Source: Squalus acanthias
Taxonomy: Eukaryota
Reading direction: 5' to 3'
Length of the DNA stretch: 64,000 nucleotides
NCBI GenBank assembly: GCA_030390025.1
Contig: CM059432.1
Span: 26,166,001 to 26,230,000 of the forward strand
In this document: piece by piece, positions 52,485 to 64,000 of the stretch
How the letters are laid out: each line of letters starts with the position of its first letter
How positions within the stretch are numbered: position 1 is the stretch's first letter
Made by a program: the position numbers and the translations under genes
Notes under the pieces: model-generated
The model's database searches: none
Told to the model about the DNA's origin: nothing
What the model saw: the letters and a program-made list of their open reading frames with translations, nothing else

Positions 52485-53906
52485 CTGTGCGTTGTTAGTT
52501 GTTGTCACTGCATAACAGCGAGAGCGCGTCTAAGGGGTGCATAGGCAGGATGCTGAAGTGATTCAGTACAGAGACAGGGATGAATAGGCAAGGGTGCAAG
52601 GGAATGGTAAGGTGGTATGTGGAGGAGCAGGCTTACAACGCAGAGTGCTGGTGATAAGAAGAGAAGGGAAGCAAATTGAAGGTAAGTGTGATGGGATACT
52701 CACTTTTGATTTCGCGTAAGATCATTAAAGTGTTTCTTGCACTGGATCCAGGAGCGTGAATAAATTAACCTTGCGCTGGCTTCCTCAGCAATGCGCAGCC
52801 AGGCTGCCTTGGTCTGCTGAGGAGGCTTCCTCCGGCCATCTGGAGGGGAGAGAATCTCCCTGCGCCCTCTTACAGCTTCAACAAGAACATGGAGGGACTC
52901 ATCATTAAATCGAAGAGCTGCCTTGCCTCTGGAAGAAGTCATTGTGGTTGGAGCAATATCACTGAGTATCAGAATGCAGAAGAGAAAGTCTTAGGCCGAA
53001 TGGAAGATTTAAAACCAGCTGCTATGATGACGTCATCAGAGGCGGCCAGCCAACCCGATTGCACTCATTGGACCGGCCAGCGCGCCCCGATGAACTTAAC
53101 AAGCTGATTTCATTAAAATCGGACATCAGCAGCTGATCCCGCCGGAAGCGGCTCCGGAACCCACCCACCACGCAACCAGACTCCAACCCGCCTCGGAAAT
53201 TAAAATTGAGCCCCATGTCTCTCCCAGGTGAAGGCTTGACAAAAGAGCTAGCATGAAATTTCTGGCCATTTTCTATAGAAGAACTTGAAACTGCTACGTA
53301 CAATGTATTTCTGTGCTCACTGCAATTGTGATCTCCACCCTCCATTGTGCACAGTACAACTAAAAAAGCAATAAATGTCCACTGCATGTTTTCTCTATTA
53401 AGTTGTACAAGAGGAGGCGGACCTTCTGAGCCAAAAAATCTACCCTACTTTGCCATACCTCCTGCAGCAGAACGAAGAAGCTATCAGTAAAGGGGGTAGT
53501 TTGGCCCACATTGCTCTTTACAGCTATATCTTCACACTTTACAAGACCAAAAATTGTCTCAATTTTAAAGGCCAATAACAGCCTTTTAAGTGCTGCTAAT
53601 TTTGAGAGCGGCAGCCAACAATGCTCCTTGCCGGATTCCCTGTGCAAAGAACCTATTCTAATGAAGGGTAGGGGTTTGCTTTCCAATATCAGCAAGGCCA
53701 GCCCTCCCTACTACCAGAACAGTACAGGAAAACACAGCCTCAAATTAGCTGGTCTGGGTAAACTGGGGCCACGAAGCCTTGAGTGTCATTGCTGAACAGT
53801 GAGTAACTAGACATGGAACTACAATACAAGGTTTTATTGGTATAAATGTAAACTTCAGAAGTGCAAGTCAGCACAACTGCAAGTCTGATGAAGAGATAAA
53901 CCCTTT

Positions 53907-54669
53907 GGGGGAAAAATTTGGTTGGTTAGCGCCTCCGGTGGCACTAACGGGGCTCTAGCAACTTAGTGCCTGAGTGCGGCGATTTTAGTGCCGCTCGCGA
54001 AATTGACCTGTCGTTTTGCGCTGGCGCTAAACACTACCGCCACGATCACCTGCGCCTGCAGATCGTAACGTCATGCAAGCGTGCAACGCCCCGGACTGGA
54101 ATTGAGTCGCGCCCCCTTCCTTAGCGCCTGCCGCTAGGAACGACAGATAGAGGGAAACGTTTTCAAGTCGGGAAGGGGCTGGGGGAGCGTTATTTAAAGG
54201 GGCGCGCTTCCTGCTTTTTCTTGTCGTCAAAATTTTTGGTACACGCAGGGAGAGAGGCAGAAAGGCGTCTGGAGAGATTTAACGCTGTCCAAAGGAGTTT
54301 TGGTCCTCAGCACCATGCTCTTTCCCTGGGCCTATCCATTAGTGCTTCCATCACAATTGCTTTAGAGGTCACTCCAGGCCGACATTCAAGGCTGTAATGA
54401 GCAAGGTGTGGCTGGCCAGCAAGATGGCCCCTCCCCTTTAAGAACTTAACTGACATCGCCTGAGCTTCGGTAGCGTTCTGAGGTAGCGCCACGCTCCCCA
54501 ACGTTAGCGGCTTAAGAGAGTTGTGTAGCACTTGATTTAGCGCTCAAATCACCTCCAGGGGCGATAGAGGTGAATTTTGCAGTCGGAGGCAATAATTAGC
54601 GCCGGGCGCTAAACTTTGCACCCGGCCGATATTAGCGCCCCAAAATGGCCGATACCCAATTTTTCCCCC
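53907..54669. mobile_element. Harbinger-type MITE (763 bp)
   Basis: 12-bp TIRs gggggaaaaatt, TSD TTT/TTT, many TAGCGCC motifs. Confidence 0.88.
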
Positions 54670-55194
54670 TTTATGTCCACACACTTCAGATTCCTTTGCA
54701 GCACTACAAATCAAAATAGCTTACCAAGTACTGTACCTCAGTATCTCCACACTCAATTATGTATTCTTATTTGCTGAACCCATTGTTTGCTTATTGAAAA
54801 AGGATTTCACACAAAGAACTCAAAAATATTTTAAATAATCGAGAATGATAGGCCACCTTGTCGAGAAACCCGTAGAGAAATATATCCATGTATTAAGTTT
54901 GTGCCAACTGTCTGAAAACAACAGCTGTTCTTGGGTATTGCCAGAAACCAGCATTAGATATGCTCAAAGGAACTGGATGTGGGTACTGTAAATTTATATC
55001 CAAATTTATGCATGGCTGCTCTGATTACTAAATATTGGGGCTTTATTCGGTTATTGAATTACAGCTGTCACACCTAGCCTGCCAAAATTATAGGACCACA
55101 GTGCATTTGCTTCAAACTTATACAACTTAATGTTTCCAGATACAAAACAAAACTCTACTAATTGCAATGAAAACAAGTTATTTTATAGCTTAAA

Positions 55195-55880
55195 TAAAAA
55201 CAGAAAATGCCGGAAATATTCAGCAAGTCAGGCAGCATCTGTGGAGAGAGAAACAGAGTTAACATTTCAGGTCGATGACCTTTCGTCAGAACTCAGCCAC
55301 CAACCTCATAGTTCCCCAACCCCCGCTTCTACCTCCTTCCCAGGATCCACAAACAGGACTGCCCTGGTAGACCCATTGTTTCAGTCCATTCTTGCCCCAC
55401 GGAACTGATTTCTTCCTAACTCGACTCTTTTTCTCCCCTCGTCCAGTCTCTTCCCACCTACATCCGCGACTCTTCTGACGCCCTCCACCACTTTAACAGT
55501 TTCCTGGCCTCAACCTTCTCCTTTTCACTATGGACGTCTAATCCCTCTACACCTCCATCCCCCACCAGGATGGCCTGAGGGCGCTCCGTTTCTTCCTTGA
55601 ACAGAGGCCCAACCAGTCCCCATCCACCACGACCCTCCTCCGTCAGGCTGAACTGTTTCTCACATTGAACAACTTCTCCTTTGACTCCACTCACTTCCTC
55701 CAACTTAAATGTGTTGCTATGGGAACCCGCATGGGTCCTAGCTCTGCCTGCCTTTTTGTGGGATATGTGGAACATTCTTTGTTCCAGTCCTACTCAGGTC
55801 CCTTCCCTCACCTCTTTTTCCAGTACATTGATGACTGTATCAGTGCAGTTTCCGGCTTTTGCCCTGAACTAGAAAATTCT
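55195..55880 (+). mobile_element. Penelope-like fragment: inverted terminal segment followed by an RT fragment
   Basis: RT FTMDV.SLYTSIP..NNFSFDSTHFLQ..YIDD on +; hammerhead-bearing terminus on -. Confidence 0.85.
55256..55294 (-). ncRNA. Minimal hammerhead ribozyme, second copy
   Basis: rc reads GAGUU-CUGACGA-A-AGGUC auc GACCU-GAAA-UG-UU-AACUC. Confidence 0.72.
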
Positions 55881-55954
55881 TTTATAGCTTGATGGAAATT
55901 GCTGAGATTAGATTTAGGATGTTTGGTGAGCAAGGTACCTTGTTTATGAAGTAT

Positions 55955-56106
55955 AATAGCTTGGCCCAGTGGTAGTACTCATACCTCCTGAGTCAGAAGA
56001 TTATAGGTTCAAGCCCCACTCCAGGACTCGAGCACAAATTCTAAGCTGACACTTCAGTGCAGTACTGAGGGACAGCTGCATCGTCAAGAGGTCCATTCTT
56101 TTGGAT
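55955..56106 (+). mobile_element. Deu-domain SINE 5' (tRNA head) fragment
   Basis: A box tggcccagtggtag, B box ggttcaagccc. Confidence 0.75.
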
Positions 56107-56249
56107 GCACTGGGAAGGGGATAATAGAAGGCACAAAAATTATTAATTCTCAGTTGTATCTATAAAGAAGCGTGGCAATGGAAACAGATTTGGATATCAC
56201 TATTGATCATTCAAAGTATCCAAGTCACACAAACCTTCGATCAATAAAG

Positions 56250-57145
56250 CCGATCAAGGGCTAATAAAAGGTAAGAAGCCCATGGGATTAAAGAGGCAGT
56301 GGCAGCGTCGATACGAAATTGGCTGCGAGACAGAATGCAAAGAGTTATGGTGAACGGTTGTTTTTCGGACAGGATGGAAGTATACAGTGGTGTCCCACAG
56401 GGGTCGGTATTACGACCACTGCTCTTTTTAATCTCATATTAATGACCTCGATGGGTATGGGGCATAACTTCAAAGTTTGAAGATAATATAAACATTAGAA
56501 ATGTAGCCAACAGTGAGGATAGCAGCAGATTTCAGGAGGATATAGACAGACTAGTGAAATGGGTAGACACACGGCAGATAACATTTAATGCAGAGATGTG
56601 TGAAATGATGCATTTTGGTAGGAAAAATGAGGAGAGGCAATATAAACTAAATGGTACAATTTTAAAGGGGGTGACGGAACAGAGAGTCCTCGGGGTTCAC
56701 ATACACAAATCTTTGAAAGTGGCAGGACAAGTTGAGAAGGCTGTTAAAAAAAAAAGCCTACAGGATCCTTGGCTTTACAAATAGAGACAGAGTAGACAAG
56801 CAAGGAAGTTTTATAAATCACTGGTTAGGCCTCAGCTAGAGTATTGTGTCCTATTCTAGGCATCACACTTTCTGGAATGCACTGCCTGAATGGGTGGTGG
56901 AAGCAGATTCAATAATAACTTTCAAAAGAGAATTGGATATATACTTAAAAAGGAAAGATTTGCAAGGCTATGGGGAAAAGAGCAGGGGAGTTGGATAGCT
57001 CGTTCAAAGAGCTGGCATAAGCACTGCAGTAAGCCACCAAGACTTCTTCAGAAGCACTTCCCAAACCTGCAAACTCCACTACCTCAAAGGACAAGGGCAG
57101 CAGATGCACAGGAACACCACCACGTCCAAGTTCCCCTCCAAGTAA
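56250..57145 (+). mobile_element. CR1 fragment joined to a short family-B LINE piece (57020-57145)
   Basis: SGVPQGSVL, FNAEMCEMMHFG and HCSKPPRLLQKHFPN segments. Confidence 0.8.
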
Positions 57146-58309
57146 GACACAACTCACAAGTATTGACCAAAATGACCCCATCAAGTGCATCTTTCAATTC
57201 ACTACCAAGGTGCTTGGTGAAGTTACATGATTTACTCAGCATGGTGACAATCATTTTGAGACAAGTAAAGCTAGAGTGTTGTATCTACGAATTTGATAAA
57301 ATGGCCTTTAACCTGTTTGGCACAAACCTCCTTACCAGATAAAAGCAGCACTAGACACACTCCTTCAGCCATTCTATGCTCTGTATATTTTGTATGACAA
57401 ACCCTCCATAGAAGCACCCAAATAAAATATAGTTCATACACACAATAAGCAAGAGATTTCCTTCACCTGGTGTCATTCTGTTATCACCTCAAGTTGAATT
57501 TCTTTACTTGCACCTCAGTGCATTCCATCTATCTACCAAATAAGAAAGGACATCCCATACTATTTTTTTGCCCAGTTCAGACAAAGTAACAATTCTCCAC
57601 TTTGAAGGATATTTCATTTAATGAATCATAACCGCTTTTAAACATTGAAGAAACCATGCCTCATCTACTTGTTACATTTGGAATTCTGATGCTTTGTTTA
57701 AAGCTCAGCTAGGTAGTACTACAGATCTAGAATAAGAAAGCATTTTGATGAGTGCTTCCCTTCCGCTCACAGCAAGTGTGATAACTGTTCTCCCTTATAA
57801 CATTCACACCATTTTAAGCTGTAAAAATTATGGCAGGAAACAGTCAAGATATTTACAACTTGCCATTTCACTTCGGCTACCAACCTCAGCTGATTTAAAA
57901 GGTCCCAAAGCAGTGTCATTTAAGCGAGGTCTGATTGGACAGAAAACCAGATTGACTTACGAAGAACCTAGATCAAATTTCAACATAACATAATGAATAA
58001 ATGTTATGTTGTTTCCCTATATTTATATATAAATCTGCATTTAATCCAAACTCCACAAATTTGTTTTTTGACCTATATTCTGGGCTGATAGAAATCAATG
58101 AAGTCTTTAGCCCATTTTGTACTTTCACCCTTAGTGGCTGCATTCATTTGTGGTCACCCAATTAAAAAAAATGAACAAAACATAACCCCTATTGGTTTAT
58201 GCCCAAGATTATCCAGAGTTAGAAAATATATGAGGCACTTCTACATGCTTTAACTGATGTTTCAGTGGGAATCATTGATCTGAGTTGGTCAATAATATCA
58301 GTCTGATGA

Positions 58310-58790
58310 ATGAACTTTTGGGTGAGAGAGTTCCAAATTTCCACTACCCTTTGCAAGAAAAATGCTTCCTGATTTCACTCCTAAATGGCCAAGCTCTAAT
58401 TTAAAAATGATGCCCTCTTGTTCTGGATTTACCCACCAGAGCAAATTGTTTATCTGTATCTACTCTATTGAATCCCTTTATTATTTGAAACATGTTTTTA
58501 GATTGTCCCTCAATATTCTAAGCTCAAGGGAGTACAAGCCAAGTTTAGGCAACCTTTCCTCTTAATTAAACCCTTTTAAGCACTGGTATCATTATGATAA
58601 ATCTGCACTGTTTTCCCAGTATATCCTGCCTAAGGTTTGGTGCCCAAAACTGAACTCAGTAGTAGGGGTCTGACCAAGGGTCTGTACACTTTTGAATTCA
58701 AACCCTTGAGATAAAGGTCAACATTCCATTCACCTTTTTTGATTACTTTTTGTACCTGTGCACAAGCTTTTAGTAATTTGTGTACATGGG
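58310..58790 (-). mobile_element. CR1 3' fragment
   Basis: Homologous to 1010-1460. Confidence 0.78.
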
Positions 58791-58964
58791 CACCATGGAC
58801 TTTGGCTCACTGATGGTTCCCGGTTATCTGTGAGGAGAGCGGGGAGGGTGTATGCTTAAGTGCTGGTAGCACGGATTTGCAAACTTTTGAGAGATCAGTG
58901 CAAACATTAAATCTGGTGTTTTATTAGATTGCTGTGGAATTTCTCTCACAATCAGCTGCACATT

Positions 58965-59500
58965 GGAACAGGAGTAGGCCATTAAGCCCCTCAAGCTTGT
59001 TCTGCCATTTTATTAGATCATGGCAGATTTGTACCTCTTTGTTCCATATCCGTTAATACTCTTACCCAACAAATGTTTATCAATTTTGGTCTTAAAAATT
59101 TCAATTGACGCGGCATCCAAAGAGGGGGAGAAGAGTTCCAGATTTCCTCTGTCCTGTGTGTGGAAAAAGTGTTTCTTTTCACTCCTAAATGGCCTCGCTC
59201 TAATTTAAAGATTATGCCTCCTTGTTCTGGATTTTTCCACCCGAGGAAATATATTCTCTGTCTCTATCTTATCAAATCCTATATCGTTTTAAACTCCTCG
59301 ATCAGATCACCCCTTGACCAATGTTCCCTATAAGGTTCGCGGCCACACACCTCTCTTATCGGTCCCGCGTAGCCCAGGACTGGCTTTCTCAATGTAAAGT
59401 TTTGCGCATGTGCAAAACTGTGAATGGGTTACACAGCCCCTTAAAGGGACCGCGCACCCAAAAAAATAAGAGAGAACATTGCCCTTAACCTTCTGAACAT
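58965..59500 (-). mobile_element. CR1 3' end interrupted by a hAT MITE
   Basis: ggaacaggagtaggccatt..cccctc tail; homologous to 826-1200. Confidence 0.8.
59319..59481. mobile_element. hAT (Tip100-like) MITE, 163 bp
   Basis: TIRs caatgttccct / rc caatgttctct; 8-bp TSD cccttgac/cccttaac. Confidence 0.85.
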
Positions 59501-59969
59501 TGTGGAGAGGGGTTCTGGGAACTTTGGGACACATCTGTGAGCATTGGGGGTGGTCCTGGAATCATGGAAAGGATCCTGAGATTTGAAAGCTATCTGGTCA
59601 TTTGCAAGCAACCGATGGAGGCAGGAGGGGTATTGTCCGAGGATCCAGACAGACTAGGGGGAAGGGTCTGGCTACGGTTAAACAGTACTGGTGTCAAGGT
59701 CTACCAGTCTTGAGGAGATCCACGAGAATCAGGCCCAAATTGCCCTTGGCCATTTTTGGACCATCAGGCAGTCTTTCTTTCCCACATTTCTAGCTATCAG
59801 CTTCTTCCATGACCTGTCCACAGCTATTTTGGGCTGTCAGGACTGCCCCTCTCTTCCCCCCCCCCCCACCCCCACACTTCTTTGTCTGTTGGCTGGTTCT
59901 TGCCTTTAAGTTCATACCTTAAAGTATTTAGTGCACCATTAGTGTGAGAGCGAGAGAGAGAGAATGAAA

Positions 59970-60800
59970 GAAAAACAACTTGCATTTATAAAGTACCTTT
60001 AACGTAGCGAAACACCCCAAGGCACTTCACAGAAGCATTATCAAACAATATTTGACACCGAGCCACATAAGGTGATATTAGGACAGATGGGTCAAATAGG
60101 CAAGTATTAAGGAGCGTCTTAAAGGAAGAAAGAGAGGTAGAGGTTTAGGGAGTGAATTCTAGAGCTTAGGGCCTCAGCAGCTTAAAGTACAGCCGCCAAA
60201 GGTGGAGCAATTAAAATCAGGGATGCGCAAGAGGCCAAAATTGGAGGAGCACAGATATCTCGGAGGGTTGTAGAGCTGAAGGAGGTTACAGAGATAGAGA
60301 GGGGCGAGGCCATGGAGGGATTTGAAAATAAGGATGAGAATTTTAAAATCGAGGTGTTGCTCAACCAATGTAGGTCAACGAGTACAGGGGTGATTGGTAA
60401 ACAGAACTTGTTTCGAGTTAGGATGGGGCAGCAAAGTTTTGGATGAGCTCAAGTTTATGTAGGGTGGAAGATGGGAGGCCGGCCAGGAGTGCATTAGAAT
60501 AGTCAAGTCTAGATGTAACAAAGGCATGGGTTTCAACAGTAGATGAGCTACGGTAGGGGTGGAGTCGGGCGACATTACAGGGTGGAAGTAGGCGGTCTTA
60601 GTGATGGCGCTGATTTCTGGTCGGAAGCTCATCTCAGGGTCAAATACGACACCAAGGTTGCAAACTGTCTGGTTTAGTCTCAGACAGTTGCCAGGGAGAG
60701 GGATGGAGTAGGTGGCTAGGGAACGGAGTTTGTGGCGGGGGACCAAAGACAATGGCTTCGGTCTTCCCAATATTTAGATGGAGCAAATTTCTGCAAGGGA
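59970..60800 (-). mobile_element. L2 LINE 3' fragment
   Basis: LNIGKTEAIVFG, FKILILIFKSLHGLAP motifs and L2 tail. Confidence 0.88.
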
Positions 60801-60829
60801 GGGAGGGAAAGGAACAGAAAAAGGAAAAA

Positions 60830-60963
60830 GAGAGAAAGAGCCTTTCATTTATGTAGCACCTTTCACGACCTCGGAAAATCCCAAAGCACTTTACAGCCAA
60901 TGAAGTACTTTTGAAGTGTAGTCACTGTTGTAATGTAGGAAACACAACAGCCAATTGGCACAC
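60830..60963 (-). mobile_element. Deu-SINE 3' fragment
   Basis: Matches the tail of 46402-46851. Confidence 0.75.
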
Positions 60964-62278
60964 AAAACACTTGAAGAAACTAAGTGAAATACAATTCCAC
61001 TGAGAACTCCACTCTTGATAAGCAATGTTCATTTGTGTTCCTATATAAATCAACAAATAATACCATAGGTACTGTTAATCACAGATATTGTTTGGCTGAC
61101 TGAGGTAAAAATTGAGCAGCTGATAATAGAAAGGGAGCAGCTGTCAATATTTTAACTGTCAAAATTGCCTGAAACAAAGCTATGAAACTCAATCTACAGT
61201 TTGATGTCTTTTGGAAAAAGCAAAGAAACTCTCTAATCCTCTCAGTATAAAAAGAGACACCCTCCAACTTCAACTCGGAAAACTTGATGCATGCTGGGAA
61301 GTTGTACATACTGGCTAGCTACCATTGGTAAGTCCATTCAATCTTAGGCTTGAGACAGGCTAAGGCTTTGAAGAAAAACCTTTAATGATGAAGGTATTAA
61401 AAGACAAAAACAATTCAATAACTAATTTAAAACATACTACAAAATATTAATGTTTTTATTTTGCTCAAAACCTTATATTGGACATTAGAAATTTAAGGTG
61501 CTGAAAAAAATGGTGAACAATATTTTTCCAAAATGTCTTTTGCACAGTCAATTTGGTTGACCTTTTCCTTTCTTTTATTGGTAGGTTTGCCTGACTGGAC
61601 ATTCAGAATTGGCTATTTTCATGTATCATTGGTAGGTTTCTAGCCACTTGCTTTTGATTTGTACACTCCCTACCTCATCGCATTTGATGCTGTTTTAATT
61701 TGAGCCAAATCATTATTCCAAGTGTAATGGGGAAAGTGTAAAAATTACAGAAAATGTGTTCTATAAGCAAGAAACATTTATTCAGTTTGTTACATACTCA
61801 ACTTTATAAGACAGTTTCATTTCGCTTACCAGAATTACACCACAGAAGATCCACTACATTATTAAAAAACCTCCTTCAACTACCAGAGTAATAGTATTAC
61901 TAGTAATAATTTCAAAAAGTTCTCAGTTGCACTGTCGTTTTTTTTAAAAAAAGTTGCGAGATAAATGCAGCATAGCTGACTTCTTCAGTTATTGATTATT
62001 CAACACGAAAATTTGACAGGCAGCTAATGAGGTGTCTTACTCCAGTTGGCCACTTGTAAATCAAACAGAGCAGACATCCTCACATTTCATGGTTACAATC
62101 TGAATTGAAACCAGAAAAAATCCAAAGCGAGCTACAACAAAAAAAAATAATAACTGAAGCATTTTAAAGGTCTGAGTGTGGAGGAATTAATTATACTCTG
62201 GGTGGAAACTTCAAACTGTAACTAATTGAGCTGCTTTGTAAGCAGACTGAAGCTTCATTTGCAAACAGAACAGACTGA

Positions 62279-63500
62279 GGGCTGGATTTTCTCAGCGGTG
62301 TCGGGATAGCTGGTTGCCGGGTTCCGGTCCCACTCAGCCGGAGTGGGACGCGTCATCAGCCGGTTTCCTTAAAGGGACCATGGCCACATTGAGTTTGACA
62401 GTTGTTCTGTCAGTGTTTTACATCATTGAGGTGCTGCAAACACTGATAAGCACTGCACAGAGGTGGACGGTTGCACCCAGGCTCTCCAATGACTCCCTCC
62501 ATATGCTTATAGAGGGAGTCACAGCACGCAGGGCGGATCGCTTCCCTTCCAAGGGCGGAAGAGACCTCCCCAGGACATCAAAGCAGTCTGGTTGCACATT
62601 GCACAGGAGGGTAAAAGCAGGGATGTCATCAGGAATCCCTGGCTGCAGTGGCACCAACCTTTCAATGATCTCAGTGGATCATGAAACGTTACTGCAAAGC
62701 CACACTCAAACTCACCCTGCTGTGTCACTCAACACATCCCCATCACTCTGCCTTCCATACCCTTCTCCTGCACATCCTTACTCACACCAACTTACCTTGC
62801 ACCTCCATCCATCCCTCTCTATCTACATTATCACTTCCCCATCTCACTAGCCATTCCTCACACTCACCCTCATCCTACTGCAAGCATACCAACTAACAAC
62901 ACACAAGGGTAGGCACTTGAGAGGTTTAGCCAATGTCCATGCGAAATTTCTGGTAATGTGTTGTCATACAGTGAAATCTATATTTTCAACACTGCCCCTT
63001 ATTGGACAGATCTGTGCGCACCTTGAGAAGTGTCTTACTGAGTTCCAGTGAATGTTGAGACATAACTTCCCCCCCCCCGACCTGCTATTGTGAGGAGTGT
63101 GAAAGGAATGGCTTGGACATTATAGGGATGCTTTACGGTGCTGGTGTGGGATGGTGTCAACCTGGCGCATCATGTGGCAGGCAGGGTTTACAGTGTCAAG
63201 TGAAGTAAATGTGGCCATGGTGATGCCATCCCTGGCCTCCCGGGCAGCAGAGTTCTCAGGGGCAGATGCCCTGTGCAGCATTAGGTGATGGCGGAGAAGG
63301 TTGTTGTTGTTGCTGCTGGTGTGCCTGGTGATGTTGGTGTTGGGGCTGAGCGTGTAAGGAATCAGAGGAGCAAGCTGAGATAGTTTTTAGGGCACCGATG
63401 TTGCTGCAATAGATGGCAGCTGCAAGTGAGATGACAGAAGCGATCTGTCAATAGTGAGAGAGGTTGTTCCAATGAGGTCGCACTGGAGATACAATTGGCT
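62279..63500. mobile_element. Decayed Harbinger element (Myb exon-1 remnant on +, probable transposase remnant on -)
   Basis: Starts with gggctggatttt; APRLSNDSLHMLIEGV..PWLQW..FNDL. Confidence 0.7.
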
Positions 63501-63531
63501 CTAAACACTTGCAAGCTAAAGAAATCTCTAT

Positions 63532-63870
63532 GGGGGAAATATTTGGTTGCTTTGCGCCTCCCGTTAATGGGGCACAAAGCAACTAGCACCTGGGCGCGGC
63601 AATGTTTGCGCCGCTCGCGAAATTGACCAGACATTTTGCGGTGGCGCTAAACACCATCACAACGATCTCCTGCGCCCGCAGATCGTGACGTCTGCAACGC
63701 CCCGGTAGGGCCCTGGACCGGATATTGAGTGGCACCCCCTGCCTTACTGCCTGCCGCTAGCAACGACAGGTTGAGGGGAGCATTTTGCAGCCGGGAAGGG
63801 ACTGGGGAGCGCTATTTAAAGGCGACCGCTTCCTGCCTTTTGTTGACGGCGACATTTTTGCACCACGCAT

Positions 63871-63904
<34 letters not shown>

Positions 63905-64000
63905 AGAGAGAGACTTCTGGAGAGATTCAACACTGTGTGAAGGAGTTTTGGGTACTGAGCAGCACTTTGCAGGTTCATTTTGATTTGACCTTCCTTACAT
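63532..64000. mobile_element. Second copy of the 53907 MITE family, running off the window; contains (GA)n at ~63873-63912
   Basis: Starts gggggaaatatttggttg and is collinear with 53907-54310. Confidence 0.85.

Larger units (their letters stand above)
49352..52942 (-). pseudogene. Myb/SANT-like protein (exons 52942-52704, 50724-50565, 50410-49352)
   Basis: MTSSRGKAALRFNDESLHVLVE..W..SWIQCKKHFNDL; same 160-nt exon 2 as the other copy; frameshifts present. Confidence 0.85.
48377..53213. mobile_element. Harbinger element with most of the transposase deleted and the Myb gene retained
   Basis: Right TIR rc gggctcaatttt; left end degenerate. Myb gene is collinear with 39544-41486. Only an acidic EEEEDD tail of the transposase is recognisable. 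Confidence 0.8.

Noticed and set aside
53885..53915. CTGATGA...GAAA as a third hammerhead
   Set aside because: No proper stems; the GAAA belongs to an inserted MITE TIR.
55955..56030. tRNA gene
   Set aside because: A/B boxes run straight into the Deu-SINE body, so it is a SINE head.
61246..61327. Plus-strand exon-like segment (ctctcag ... G|GTAAGT)
   Set aside because: Stops in all three frames and no partner exons; expected by chance.
4717..64000. KHDRBS3 exon 1 (MEEKYLPELMAEK-like)
   Set aside because: Not found in the ORF track or by eye, so probably outside the window. The GEKYLPP string in ORF 9851-10048 lacks further similarity and lies in a repeat-like block.

Overview
Repeat-rich vertebrate intronic DNA. 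The repeat content (CR1/HER1-like, L2, Deu-domain tRNA SINEs, Penelope) points to a shark or other cartilaginous fish. The only host coding sequence I can support is a 119-nt minus-strand exon (4598-4716) matching exon 2 of KHDRBS3 (SLM-2/T-STAR). The rest of the window is probably intron 2 (left) and more than 59 kb of intron 1 (right). The introns hold an unusually dense PIF/Harbinger assemblage: four elements with decayed transposase and/or Myb/SANT genes, one complete with TIRs and TSD, plus at least six MITEs. There are also two hAT non-autonomous elements, two Penelope-like retroelements that each carry a minimal hammerhead ribozyme, a SINE-head/LINE chimera, and an unexplained ~158-bp fold-back. 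I see no convincing wholly new biological system. The best leads are the ribozyme-bearing Penelope element with serially re-copied 3' termini and the Harbinger Myb protein with a coiled-coil/AT-hook tail. Repeat boundaries without a TIR or TSD are approximate, and family names come from recalled motifs, not database searches.
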